Origin: Candidatus Onthoplasma faecipullorum
GTDB lineage: Bacteria; Bacillota; Clostridia; Christensenellales; UBA1242
Assembly (NCBI GenBank): GCA_019120295.1
Contig: DWVI01000005.1
Coordinates: 955-64,954, forward strand
Reading direction: 5' to 3'
DNA: 64,000 bases
Shown: one piece after another, positions 47,919 to 57,722 of the stretch
Numbering within the stretch: the first letter of the stretch is position 1
Layout: every line of letters begins with the position of its first letter
Notes under the pieces: model-generated
What the model saw: only the letters and a program-made list of their open reading frames with translations
What the model was told of the DNA's origin: nothing
The model's database searches: none
Translations under genes and position numbers: made by a program

Positions 47919-48229
47919 AAAGTAAATTAAATAAATAACAAATTCTAATTATAATAGAGTTCAATCTAACCACTATTTTTTAATAATATTTGCACTTACC
48001 TGTTTATGATAACAATAAAAAATCTTTTTGTCAATATTTTTGTTACATTAATTAAAAAATAATCTACACAAACAAATTAAAACACATAAAAAATAGAGAA
48101 TATATTCTCTATTATAATTTATGTTAAATTTTTTATCTTTGTATATAATAAAATCAAACTATAACGAATTATAGAATTATTATATTATTGTTATTTTATA
48201 AATTTTTTTTAAAATTTTATAATTTTTAA

Positions 48230-50437
48230 TTATTTTCGCCTTTTATTTGACTTTTTTCTATTATTTTTTGAATTCATTGAAAATTTTTTATTATTTTTCG
48301 TTTCTTTCTTTTTCTTTGTTACTACAAAACTTCCTAAACTTCTCTCAACTCCTGCAAGTTCAAAATCTACTTGACGAAGATGTGTGTTTGCGCCAGCAAC
48401 AATTACTTTTACTTCGTTTCCAATTGAAAATTTGTGTGATGAACCTGTAAGTGACAAGTTGTCTTCATTATAGGTATATTCGTCATAAGGCAAACTTTCT
48501 AATTTAACCAAACCTTCCACTCCATTTTCAAGTTCCACAAAAATTCCGTATTCTTGAACGCCTGAAATTGTACCAGTAAATTCTTCTCCTAAAAATTTAG
48601 TCATATACAACGCTTTTTTGTAGTCGTCTACTTCGCGCTCTGCTTCATCGGCATTTTTCTCAGTTTCACTAGACCTATCACTTGCATACGCCACAATCTC
48701 ATTAAAATGCAATTTCAAGTCGCTAACAGGTACGCCATTTAAATACGATTTTATTATTCTATGAATTAGCAAGTCTGGATAACGCCTTATAGGGCTTGTG
48801 AAATGGCAATAAAACTCGCTTGCAAGCCCAAAGTGACCAAGGCAAGTTGGTGCATACCTTGCTTTCATCATGGTGCGGAGAATTAGTTTTGTGATTGTCT
48901 TTTCATATGGAAGACCTACTATTTTATCTATAATTTTTTGATAACTCATAGGTTGGTCGCCGTCCACTTTTAAATCATTTGCAACACCTAGATTTTTTAA
49001 CAATTCAGATAAATGTGCAACCTTTTGCTCGTCTGGTTTTTCATGCACACGATAAACAAAAGGAATTTTTAATTCACAAAATTTTTTAGCAACACATTCA
49101 TTTGCTAAAATCATTAAACTTTCTATGATTTCGTGTGCTTCGTCCTGCTCGCGGTTTTCAATGGAAACAATCTCACCTGCTTCATTTTCCAAAATAAAAG
49201 GTTCAGGTAAATTCATTCTAATTTCACCGCGACGAAGTCTATCCTGCTTTAATTTAGCACTTATTGCGCGGTAAGTTAAAATGTCTTGATAAACGTCAGA
49301 ATATTTATCAATCATAAATTCGTCCGCTTCAAGGAGTTTCATAACTTCGGTGTAAGTCATTCTATGGTGACTTTTTATTATGCCTTCTTGAATTTTGCTA
49401 GAAAGCACTTCGTAATTTTTGTTTAGTTCAATTTCAACAGTTAAAACAAGCCTATAATTTCCTTCACTTAGTGAACAAACACCATTAGATAATTCTTTTG
49501 GAAGCATTGGAATAACTTGGTTTGGAAAATATACACTTGTTCCGCGGTTATACGCTTCTTTATCTAGCGCTGAATTTTCGATTACATAGTTACTAACGTC
49601 TGCGATGTGGACGTATAACATATATCCGCCATTTTTGGTTGGTTCAATTGAAAGTGCATCGTCAAAGTCACGCGCATCTTCACCGTCAATAGTTATAACG
49701 CGCATTTTTGTGTAGTCTGCGCGTTTTGGAAAGTTTTTTATATCTACATTTTGATTGATTGACTTTGCATTGTTTAAAACATTCTCAGGAAAGCGCTCGT
49801 CCAAACCAAACGAACGAATTATAGATAATTGTTCTGCTTTTGGTGTGTTCGCCTTGCCTAAAACTTCAATTATTCTACCCTTTAAAGAATTTTCATCGAT
49901 GGAATTAGTGTCAATTTCCACCCATACTTTATCATTATTTTTTGCGCCCACTGCATTATCTGGTTTATATATCCTAACTTGTGGCAACTTGTCGTCATCT
50001 GGAAAAACCACATTTTTACTTTTGCCTTCAATGTATGTTCCAACCACATGCGTTGTGTTCCTATTCAAAATACAAACGACGCGCGCTTCAATGTTATCAT
50101 CTGAAACACGTTTTGTTATTTCAACAAGCACATCATCACCTGAAAATGCACCATTTATTTGATATGCAGGAATGAAAAAGTCGGGCATACCATTTACTTG
50201 AGCAAAACCATATCCTTTTCTATTAACTGTTATTTTTGCTTTGATATAACCCCTATCAGCAGAAATAGTTATTTTTTTGTTTTCGTCTAAAAACAAATCA
50301 CCTGAGTGAATAAGTGAATTGATTTCTTGCTTTAATTCTTCATCTGTTTCTTTAACAAATTTTTTTAATTCTTTAACTAATTTATCCATTGTTAGGTAAA
50401 TTAGATTATTTTCCCTTATAATTTCAACAATACTCAT
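48230..50437 (-). CDS. rnr: Ribonuclease R
   Basis: 735 aa; an RNB domain (DARDFDDA, HIADVS), a C-terminal S1 domain (GTISGVQEYGIFVEL) and a Lys-rich tail. Located upstream of smpB. Confidence 0.95.
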   Translation of the reverse strand: MSIVEIIRENNLIYLTMDKLVKELKKFVKETDEELKQEINSLIHSGDLFLDENKKITISADRGYIKAKITVNRKGYGFAQVNGMPDFFIPAYQINGAFSGDDVLVEITKRVSDDNIEARVVCILNRNTTHVVGTYIEGKSKNVVFPDDDKLPQVRIYKPDNAVGAKNNDKVWVEIDTNSIDENSLKGRIIEVLGKANTPKAEQLSIIRSFGLDERFPENVLNNAKSINQNVDIKNFPKRADYTKMRVITIDGEDARDFDDALSIEPTKNGGYMLYVHIADVSNYVIENSALDKEAYNRGTSVYFPNQVIPMLPKELSNGVCSLSEGNYRLVLTVEIELNKNYEVLSSKIQEGIIKSHHRMTYTEVMKLLEADEFMIDKYSDVYQDILTYRAISAKLKQDRLRRGEIRMNLPEPFILENEAGEIVSIENREQDEAHEIIESLMILANECVAKKFCELKIPFVYRVHEKPDEQKVAHLSELLKNLGVANDLKVDGDQPMSYQKIIDKIVGLPYEKTITKLILRTMMKARYAPTCLGHFGLASEFYCHFTSPIRRYPDLLIHRIIKSYLNGVPVSDLKLHFNEIVAYASDRSSETEKNADEAEREVDDYKKALYMTKFLGEEFTGTISGVQEYGIFVELENGVEGLVKLESLPYDEYTYNEDNLSLTGSSHKFSIGNEVKVIVAGANTHLRQVDFELAGVERSLGSFVVTKKKKETKNNKKFSMNSKNNRKKSNKRRK

Positions 50438-50595
50438 AATATTATTTTATCAAATAAACAAAAAATATCAAAACAATTTTATATTTATTAATAAAAACAC
50501 ATTAAACAAAATTTAATAATATCTATATAACAAGTTCCTAAAATTTGGTTAAAAAATACCACATCAAATAGTGGTATTTTAATTATCTTCAGTTA

Positions 50596-50680
50596 TGGTG
50601 GGAAGAGGTGGATTCGAACCACCGAAGACGAAGTCGACGGATTTACAGTCCGTTGCATTTGGCCGCTCTGCAATCTTCCC
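50596..50680 (-). tRNA. tRNA-Tyr (GTA), long variable arm, CCA encoded
   Basis: GGGAAGA/TCTTCCC acceptor and ACGGA-CTGTAAA-TCCGT anticodon arm; 85 nt. Confidence 0.9.
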
Positions 50681-50687
50681 AAAAAAA

Positions 50688-50762
50688 TGGAGCTAGTGAA
50701 GGGAATCGAACCCCCAACCTGCTGATTACAAGTCAGCTGCTCTACCGTTGAGCCACACTAGC
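50688..50762 (-). tRNA. tRNA-Thr (TGT), CCA encoded
   Basis: GCTAGTG/CACTAGC acceptor and GCTGA-CTTGTAA-TCAGC anticodon arm. Confidence 0.9.
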
Positions 50763-50786
50763 ATACTTTACACTACACACAAGGTG

Positions 50787-50862
50787 TGGTGCCTCGAACC
50801 GGAATCGAACCAGTGACACAAGGATTTTCAGTCCTTTGCTCTACCGACTGAGCTATCGAGGC
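50787..50862 (-). tRNA. tRNA-Phe (GAA), CCA encoded
   Basis: GCCTCGA/TCGAGGC acceptor and AAGGA-CTGAAAA-TCCTT anticodon arm. Confidence 0.9.
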
Positions 50863-50996
50863 AAATTTATTTGACGTTAATTCCTGTTGACAATAATCGC
50901 TAAACAAAATCACCTTTAATATATTAACCAAGTCAGTAAGAAAATGTCAACCATTTAAGTTATTATTACAAAATTTAGATAAAATAATGTAATAAT

Positions 50997-51073
50997 TGGC
51001 GACCCGAATGGGGCTCGAACCCACGACCTCCAGCGTGACAGGCTGGCGCTCTAACCAACTGAGCTATCGGGCC
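50997..51073 (-). tRNA. tRNA-Asp (GTC), CCA encoded
   Basis: CCAGC-CTGTCAC-GCTGG anticodon arm and a canonical GGTTCGAGCCC T-arm. Confidence 0.9.
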
Positions 51074-51176
51074 ATAAAACTTGTACAACCAAATTTATGT
51101 TAAATTTTACTTAAAACTTAATTATTTAAATATTATTTTTTTAAGTAAATATTAAAATTACAAAGAGCCTTTCGGC

Positions 51177-51253
51177 TGGTGGGCCTTCACGGACTTGAAC
51201 CGCGGACCGACCGGTTATGAGCCGGTTGCTCTAACCAACTGAGCTAAAGGCCC
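51177..51253 (-). tRNA. tRNA with a CAT anticodon (elongator Met or lysidine-modified Ile2; the body resembles tRNA-Ile)
   Basis: GGGCCTT/AAGGCCC acceptor and ACCGG-CTCATAA-CCGGT anticodon arm. It lacks initiator features (the 1-72 pair is present, and there is no GGG/CCC anticodon stem). Confidence 0.8.
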
Positions 51254-51258
51254 TTGTA

Positions 51259-51336
51259 TGGTCGAGGTGAAGGGACTCGAACCCCCGGCCCCATGGTCCC
51301 AAACCACGTGCGCTACCAACTGCGCTACACCTCGAC
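51259..51336 (-). tRNA. tRNA-Pro (TGG), CCA encoded
   Basis: GTCGAGG/CCTCGAC acceptor and CGTGG-TTTGGGA-CCATG anticodon arm. Confidence 0.9.
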
Positions 51337-51349
51337 GCGTTACTTTCCT

Positions 51350-51378
51350 AGTTTAAACTAAAATAGAATAAATGTCAA
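51350..51378 (-). promoter_or_regulatory. Candidate promoter of the six-tRNA operon
   Basis: Minus strand TTGACA (51378-51373), 17 nt, TAAACT (51355-51350), 13 nt upstream of the tRNA-Pro 5' end. Confidence 0.4.
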
Positions 51379-51577
51379 TAAATTTTTAGTAACTTTTTTA
51401 AAAAAAGATTAAAATAATTTAATTTATTACATTATATGCAAAATAAACTACGATTGCATTATATTATAATTAGAATTTTTGTTAACAAATTTTAGATGTT
51501 ATAAATAATCATTTTAATTTTTAATGTTAAGTATAAGTCATCTATATTTCTTAATACAAATAGTAATAAGATAAATA

Positions 51578-52438
51578 TTACAACCAAGTTGGAGAGATTT
51601 CGAAGTTTAGTTTATTTAAATAGGCTAGTTTTGACTTTTTATTAAAATTAAACGCTAAGTAGTAAGCCGTAAGGTGCATTGTTTTTTCGCCGTCTTGACC
51701 ATATTTGTTGTCACCTACTATTGGGTAACCATAGTATGCAATATGTGCGCGAATTTGGTGAGTTTTGCCTGTTATAAGTTTTGCTTCAAGTAATGTTGTG
51801 TCTTTAAAAAATTGAATAACACTAAATTCGGTTATTATAGGTTCATAACCGCTGGTTTTAACTTCACTTATCCAAACTTTGGAAAGATTATCGACCTTTT
51901 TTAAATATACTGTTCTTTTAATTTTTGCAATATCAACTCTACCATGAACAAGCAAAGCATAGCGCTTATCAATTGACTTTCTTTCTTTAAAAGCGCGAAT
52001 TAATTCACTTTCTGCCATTTTATTTTTTGCAAAAATTGTTAAACCTTCTGTGTTTCTATCAAGCCTGTGCACTGCATAAACTTCGCCAAACTCAATCTTT
52101 AAAATAGACAACAAATCTCTTTCCTTTTCGCTTACAACTTCAATACCGGCATGCTTATTAACTATAATTATGTTATCGTTGGAATAGACCATGCTGTACC
52201 ACTCTTTTTGCTCCTTCTCAACGTAATAAACTACCACTTTATCGCCGACAAAAACATCAACGTCTTCTTTTTTTCGCTGATTATTAACTTTTACGTCTTT
52301 ATTTTCTAATATTTTTTTTATGTCATGCAATGAAAAAACAGGCAATTTATCTATAATTGCCTTTGAGAGTTTCATTTCTTTTTCTACAACAAATTCTAAC
52401 TTTTGCATATGTAAATTTTTTAGTTTTGTATTAGACAA
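51578..52438 (-). CDS. RluA-family pseudouridine synthase
   Basis: N-terminal S4-like domain, catalytic HRLDRNTEGL and GKTHQIRAH motifs. Confidence 0.85.
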   Translation of the reverse strand: MSNTKLKNLHMQKLEFVVEKEMKLSKAIIDKLPVFSLHDIKKILENKDVKVNNQRKKEDVDVFVGDKVVVYYVEKEQKEWYSMVYSNDNIIIVNKHAGIEVVSEKERDLLSILKIEFGEVYAVHRLDRNTEGLTIFAKNKMAESELIRAFKERKSIDKRYALLVHGRVDIAKIKRTVYLKKVDNLSKVWISEVKTSGYEPIITEFSVIQFFKDTTLLEAKLITGKTHQIRAHIAYYGYPIVGDNKYGQDGEKTMHLTAYYLAFNFNKKSKLAYLNKLNFEISPTWL

Positions 52439-52548
52439 TATGCTGAAAAGATAACAAAATAAATTTAATTTAAAACTATTAAATATCTAAAAGTTATAAT
52501 ATCTAAATATCAATATAATAATTATTATATGATGTTTTTTACGTTAAA

Positions 52549-53391
52549 TTATTTTAGTTCTTTATATTTTTCTAGCATATATTGTGCGCTGATTTCTTGT
52601 GTGTCTTGCGCTTCGCTAATAACCCAAGGGTCAATTTGCATTTCTTTTAGCACAGTTACAAAATCGTCCAAATTTGGTTTGCCGACTTCACCGTTAGGCA
52701 TATTTTCACCATGCATAAGGTGTTTTATTTCGCCCTTATCTCCATAATTGATTGTGTACGCGTGAAAATGAATGTGTTTAAATTTTTCTGGAATTTCGCG
52801 TTTAATTTTAGATAGTTTATCAATCAAATCTTGTTTAGTTTGAATGCTACCATGTTCTCTTGCATGCAAATGCGCAATGTCAATACAAGGATAGCAATAT
52901 TCACAACGAGAACAAATTTCAATTATTTCGTCAAGTGAGCCAAGGCTTGCAGTTTTGCCACCAATTTCAGGATACAATCTAACATCACCCATATCAATTT
53001 CGTGAGTAAACTCATTTATTGCATCAACGAGTTGGTCAATTGCTTTTTTTCTGCCTTCTTGAGTATTTTTATGTCCACCACCCGGGTGAAAAATTATGCG
53101 CGTTACACCTATGGATTTTGCAAGATCTATGCCTTCTTTCATGTTAGATTTACTTCTTCCAACTACCTGTTCATTTAAACTACCAAGGTTGATATAGTAA
53201 GGCGCATGTATACTAAAATGAAAACCATTTTTTTGATTTTCTAAAATGACTTTTCTATTTTCTTCGCTTATTTTAAAGCCGTAAACGCATTGAATTTCGT
53301 ATCCGTTAAGACCGCGCTCTGCTAGCCACGGAAATAAATTTTTAAACTTGCCTTTATAATTTGTTGGCACACCAGCCACGCCAAAAACCAT
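52549..53391 (-). CDS. Xylose-isomerase-like TIM-barrel protein (AP endonuclease family 2 / endonuclease IV-like)
   Basis: Metal-ligand pattern IHAPYYINL, IFHPGG, DIAHLHA, HFHAY, ISEA, as in endonuclease IV/sugar-phosphate isomerase barrels. Confidence 0.55.
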   Translation of the reverse strand: MVFGVAGVPTNYKGKFKNLFPWLAERGLNGYEIQCVYGFKISEENRKVILENQKNGFHFSIHAPYYINLGSLNEQVVGRSKSNMKEGIDLAKSIGVTRIIFHPGGGHKNTQEGRKKAIDQLVDAINEFTHEIDMGDVRLYPEIGGKTASLGSLDEIIEICSRCEYCYPCIDIAHLHAREHGSIQTKQDLIDKLSKIKREIPEKFKHIHFHAYTINYGDKGEIKHLMHGENMPNGEVGKPNLDDFVTVLKEMQIDPWVISEAQDTQEISAQYMLEKYKELK

Positions 53392-53457
53392 ATTATTCTC
53401 CTATATATTGTACTAATAAAATATATAATACTCTACATTTAGTAAACTGTATGTTAA

Positions 53458-54795
53458 CTAAACTACACTTTTGAAAAATTTTTCTCTTAACAACATATAC
53501 TTTGCATTGTTAATTCTATAACTATTATCAACACACATGTTGAATTTGTTATTAAAATATTCAACCGCATGTTTATCTTCTATTATCACAACGTTTTGCA
53601 ATGCAGTGTTAATGTGTTCCTTATCTAAAATATAAGAACCTGTCAACACATGATTATCGTCAATCGTAATTGCATTAAACCTTATGTAGCCGTCATACAA
53701 GTACACGTTTGCGCCAAATAAAGCCAACTCCTTAGCATATGCACGCGAAGCAAAATATTTTGTGAACCTATTTGATTTCATTGGTATCATTAAACGAACT
53801 TCAATGTTAGAATTTATGGCATATTGTAGTAACGACATTATACTCTTGGTTGGCACAAATTCTTCAAGTTGAAGTTGTATTGATTTTTTTGCTAAACATA
53901 TTGCGTTTATAATAAGAAGTTCTATATCCGTGTTAATTTGATTTGAAGAAAATTGCATTCTAATATTTTCATATTTAGCCTGCTCTACTTCTGGGTATTC
54001 AATGTATTTGCCACCTGCAAAGACAACGTCTTGATACAAACTAACATTCATACTCTGAACAATGTCACCATTAAATTTCATATATGCATAAGATTTTTCA
54101 AATTTAGATTTTTTCTGTTTGCATGTGAAATCAAGTGACCCCATATACATTATTTTTCCGTCGATAGAAATCATGTTTCTCAAATTTGAATACAATCTGC
54201 CTAATGTGTTATGTTTACTAAATCTATAAGTTTTAACACCTGCTTGTTTTAAGGTTTTGCGTGTTTTGCGCGCAATATGCGAATCGCAAACAAACTTAAC
54301 AAGCACATTTTCCTTTGCTTTTGAAATAAGCGCGTTTTTTAGTTCTATATAATCGTACAAATTTACTTTAGATAATTCAACCAACACACTCACTTTTGCG
54401 TTTGATATATCGGCTACTAAATTTTTTATGTAATCATTCAAACTGTCAAACATCTCGAATTTGCTATTGGTGTTAACGCAGGTATTAAAGGCTTGATTGT
54501 TGAATTTATATATGCCGTCGTCCACTTTTACAGGGTTTAATTCAAGTTTATTTGAAATTAAATTTGAATATATCTCGTCTTCCTTAATCTTTTTGTTTAA
54601 CGCCTTTTTCTTTTTATAGAACGCTTCGCGCGAACAAAAATATATGATATAACCTATAAATTGTGAGATAAGAAAAACTGACGACCATATAATGATATTT
54701 CTCGGCTTGTCATGCTCAAAGATTACCATTATTGCGGTCATAACAATGTATATTAACACCAATAAAATGGCTAAAACTATCCATAATGCTAGCAT
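53458..54795 (-). CDS. Cardiolipin synthase-like PLD-superfamily protein with both HKD motifs degenerate
   Basis: Cls-type N-terminal double-TM domain. The two PLD repeats read NLRNMISIDGK...GSLDF and IRFNAITIDDN...GSYIL, where HxK would be expected. Confidence 0.65.
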   Translation of the reverse strand: MLALWIVLAILLVLIYIVMTAIMVIFEHDKPRNIIIWSSVFLISQFIGYIIYFCSREAFYKKKKALNKKIKEDEIYSNLISNKLELNPVKVDDGIYKFNNQAFNTCVNTNSKFEMFDSLNDYIKNLVADISNAKVSVLVELSKVNLYDYIELKNALISKAKENVLVKFVCDSHIARKTRKTLKQAGVKTYRFSKHNTLGRLYSNLRNMISIDGKIMYMGSLDFTCKQKKSKFEKSYAYMKFNGDIVQSMNVSLYQDVVFAGGKYIEYPEVEQAKYENIRMQFSSNQINTDIELLIINAICLAKKSIQLQLEEFVPTKSIMSLLQYAINSNIEVRLMIPMKSNRFTKYFASRAYAKELALFGANVYLYDGYIRFNAITIDDNHVLTGSYILDKEHINTALQNVVIIEDKHAVEYFNNKFNMCVDNSYRINNAKYMLLREKFFKSVV

Positions 54796-54992
54796 TTTAA
54801 TTATAATAACAAATTACACAAAACAAATCAACTAAATTTAAAAAATTGACTATTATTTGTGTTATAATTAACTGTTATAATTAATTTTGATATGTAAACT
54901 CGTTATTCTACAAATAATTATGTCTAAAAGTTTTTAACTCAAATTTAATAATTTTAAATAGGTTAAAAAATTATTTTTCATAGTTTTAGGCA

Positions 54993-55019
54993 CAAAAAAA
55001 GGAACGCATAGCGCGTTCC
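54993..55019 (-). terminator. Rho-independent terminator downstream of rnpB
   Basis: Minus strand GGAACGCGCTATGCGTTCC followed by TTTTTTT. A second hairpin (CCCCACTT...AAGTGGGG, 55033-55056) precedes it. Confidence 0.75.
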
Positions 55020-55065
55020 ATTCATTTAGGGCCCCCACTTTTAATATAAGTGGGGTTTATTTAGG

Positions 55066-55416
55066 TGGCAGTTTGGTCTATAAGCCGAGTTCTGTATTTG
55101 ACGGTCATCTATCTAAACTTACTATTGCTAGCAAGTTTTAGCGGTGTTTTTAACGTTCGAGCGAGCAACTCATAGAACGTTTTAACCTTGCTTCGGGTGG
55201 GGTTTACATGGACCAAGATTGTCGCCAATCTCGCGGTGAGCTCTTGCCTCGCCTTTTCATCCTTACTTACCACTCAGGGGTATAGCGGTAATTTTCTGTT
55301 GCACTTTCCTTCTAGTTGCCTAGACTTGCCGTTAGCAAGCACCCTGCTCTGTGAAGCTCGGACTTTCCTCAAATTGGACATAACACCCAACTTGCGACCA
55401 TCTGACCAAGCTGACA
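55066..55416 (-). ncRNA. rnpB: RNase P RNA
   Basis: The minus strand contains the universal GAGGAAAGTCCGAGC (CR-I) and ACAGAACTCGGCTTA (CR-V) blocks. P1 pairs CAGCTTGGTC with GACCAAACTG. Ends are approximate. Confidence 0.9.
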
Positions 55417-55421
55417 CAAGC

Positions 55422-55449
55422 ATTATAACACTAAAAAAATAATTGTCAA
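55422..55449 (-). promoter_or_regulatory. Sigma-A-type promoter of rnpB
   Basis: Minus strand TTGACA (55449-55444), 16 nt, TATAAT (55427-55422). Confidence 0.65.
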
Positions 55450-55753
55450 TACCTAATTTTAAAATTTTTTGAAAAATAATTGTGCTTTTTAGATATTAAG
55501 ATTGATTATCAAATCGATTATTTTGTGTGTCCGTTAACATTTTATAAAAAAATAAGGTTAAAACCTTTGTTTAACCTTATTTTTCGCTATTTATATGTTC
55601 TTTTATCTTTAATAAGTTAATTTTTCAAATTGCCTTATGTACTCATAGTATTAAAGTTTTTTTATATTATTTAATCTCTTGGGTGATATAATAAGTCAAT
55701 TTTTCAAATTGCCTTGTTATGACTTAAAAGTAAGAAAAATAAGGCTTTTAACC

Positions 55754-55942
55754 TTATTTCTCATTCTTTTCTAAATTAACAATCTGTTCTCCGTCATAAT
55801 AACCACAATTTTTGCAAACTTGGTGAGCCACTTTCTTTTCGTGGCAATGTGGACATTCAACAAGTGTTGGAACAGCTGCTTTCCAGTTAGCACGGCGTTT
55901 ATCGCGTCTTGCCTTGGATACTTTTCCCTTAGGAACTGCCAT
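55754..55942 (-). CDS. rpmF: 50S ribosomal protein L32 (zinc-ribbon form)
   Basis: MAVPKGKVSKARRDKRRA N-terminus and CPHC...CKNC. Confidence 0.95.
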   Translation of the reverse strand: MAVPKGKVSKARRDKRRANWKAAVPTLVECPHCHEKKVAHQVCKNCGYYDGEQIVNLEKNEK

Positions 55943-56286
55943 ATAAAACCTCCAAAATAATTAGATGCGACCATTTCCTTCCCTTAAAAAAGCATTTAAC
56001 AAAAATGTTATTTAAAGAAATATTGTTTTTAAACTTAAAAAATTAAAATAAAATGTGTTAAAATATTAAATTTGCTAATCTTACAGTCGCACTCTCGACA
56101 AAATTTATGACTTGATTATATCAAACCGAAATAACTTTGTCAATTAGTTTAGTAAAAATTTTGAAAATTTTAAAATTTATCCTATTTCACTATATTTTTA
56201 AAATGTAAACGAAATATAAAAAATTTTATATAATATGTTTCGCTGTAAATTGTGCTGATTGTTTATACCATTTGTTTGTAACGTTG

Positions 56287-57474
56287 TTATTTTGCAAGGT
56301 CGGCAGTGTCTAGCGCTATCATATATTCTTCGTTAGTTGGAATGCGGTATACTTTAACCTTGCTTGTTGGTTTTGTGAGTTCAACGATGTTATCAAAAGG
56401 TTTGTGGAGTTTAATATTCTTTTCGCTATCAAACTCTAAACCTAAATATTCCATATCTTTGCAAACTGCTTCACGCACTAACTCGTCCTTTTCGCCAATA
56501 CCTGCTGTGAAAACAATTGCATCCACCCCATTCATAGCGGCTGCGTATGCACCAATATACTTTTTAATTGAGTACACCATAACATCAAACGCAAGTTTTA
56601 CAACCTTTTTATCAATGTTAGACTCAATATCACGCATATCACTGTAACCAGTTAGACCAATTAAACCGCTCTTTTTATTTAAAATATTAATTGCTTCGTC
56701 AACCGAACAATTTTTAATATCCATAATTTCTTTAACAATAGCAGGGTCAATATCGCCAGAACGTGTGCCCATGACAACACCTGCAAGTGGTGTGTAACCC
56801 ATTGATGTGTCAACAGACTTTCCGTCCTTAATCGCACAAATACTGCTACCACTACCGATGTGGCAAGATATTATCTTTTTGCCCTTTAGAGTTCCAAAAA
56901 TCTTTTCGCATTGCATTGCAATATAACGATGGCTTGTTCCGTGAGCCCCATAACGGCGGATTTTATTGTTTTCATAGAATTCATATGGTATTGCATAAAT
57001 GTATGCTTTTTCTTCCATGGTTGAGTGGAATGCAGTGTCAAACACGGCAACGTTTTTAACCTTTGGCATAAGTTCTATGCACGCTTGTAAACCTAAAATT
57101 GCAGCAGGGTTGTGAAGTGGTGCAAATTTAATATTTTTCTTTAAATCTTCTAGTATTTTTGGTGTTACAACCACTGATTTATTATACTTTTCACCGAAAT
57201 TTACAAGTCTATGGCCGATTGCACCAATTTCGTCAAGCGAACCAATTACTCCAATCTTTTTATCAGTCATTGCAGACAAAAATTCCTTAAATGCTTCCTT
57301 GTGGGTTGGCATACTCACTTCAATCACGTGCTTTTCGTTTGTTTTATACGTCATAAAAGAATTTGCTTGACCAATTCTTTCACAATATGCAGAACAAAAA
57401 ACGTCTCCACTAACTGTGTCCATTAACTGTGCTTTTAGGCTACTAGAACCTGAATTTATAACTAAAACTTTCAT
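56287..57474 (-). CDS. ackA: Acetate kinase
   Basis: MKVLVINSGSSSLK, HRLVNFG, HNPAA, AHGTSH and HIGSGSS motifs. Confidence 0.95.
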   Translation of the reverse strand: MKVLVINSGSSSLKAQLMDTVSGDVFCSAYCERIGQANSFMTYKTNEKHVIEVSMPTHKEAFKEFLSAMTDKKIGVIGSLDEIGAIGHRLVNFGEKYNKSVVVTPKILEDLKKNIKFAPLHNPAAILGLQACIELMPKVKNVAVFDTAFHSTMEEKAYIYAIPYEFYENNKIRRYGAHGTSHRYIAMQCEKIFGTLKGKKIISCHIGSGSSICAIKDGKSVDTSMGYTPLAGVVMGTRSGDIDPAIVKEIMDIKNCSVDEAINILNKKSGLIGLTGYSDMRDIESNIDKKVVKLAFDVMVYSIKKYIGAYAAAMNGVDAIVFTAGIGEKDELVREAVCKDMEYLGLEFDSEKNIKLHKPFDNIVELTKPTSKVKVYRIPTNEEYMIALDTADLAK

Positions 57475-57722
57475 CTTTTCTCCTTAAAAAATACAAAACT
57501 AATTATACCACGAAAACAAAATTATTCAAAATAAAATGCATTAAAAAATGCTAATTTTAACAAATATTGGGTATGTTTATTAGATAAACCATAATTTTAC
57601 CTTGAAAATAAACGAAAATTATTATATACGAACCTTAATAATTTAAAATTTTAAACAAAAAACGTAACCAAATAGATTACGCTTTTTATTTTGTATTTGA
57701 TTTATCGATAATAAACTAACAA

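Noticed and set aside
55188-55442. An 84-aa plus-strand ORF in the track
   Set aside because: It lies entirely within, and antisense to, the RNase P RNA gene. Its GC-rich open frame is a by-product of the structured RNA, and it has no RBS.
55771-55974. A 67-aa ORF overlapping rpmF
   Set aside because: It is an alternative frame of the L32 gene. The L32 frame has the canonical N-terminus and zinc ribbon.
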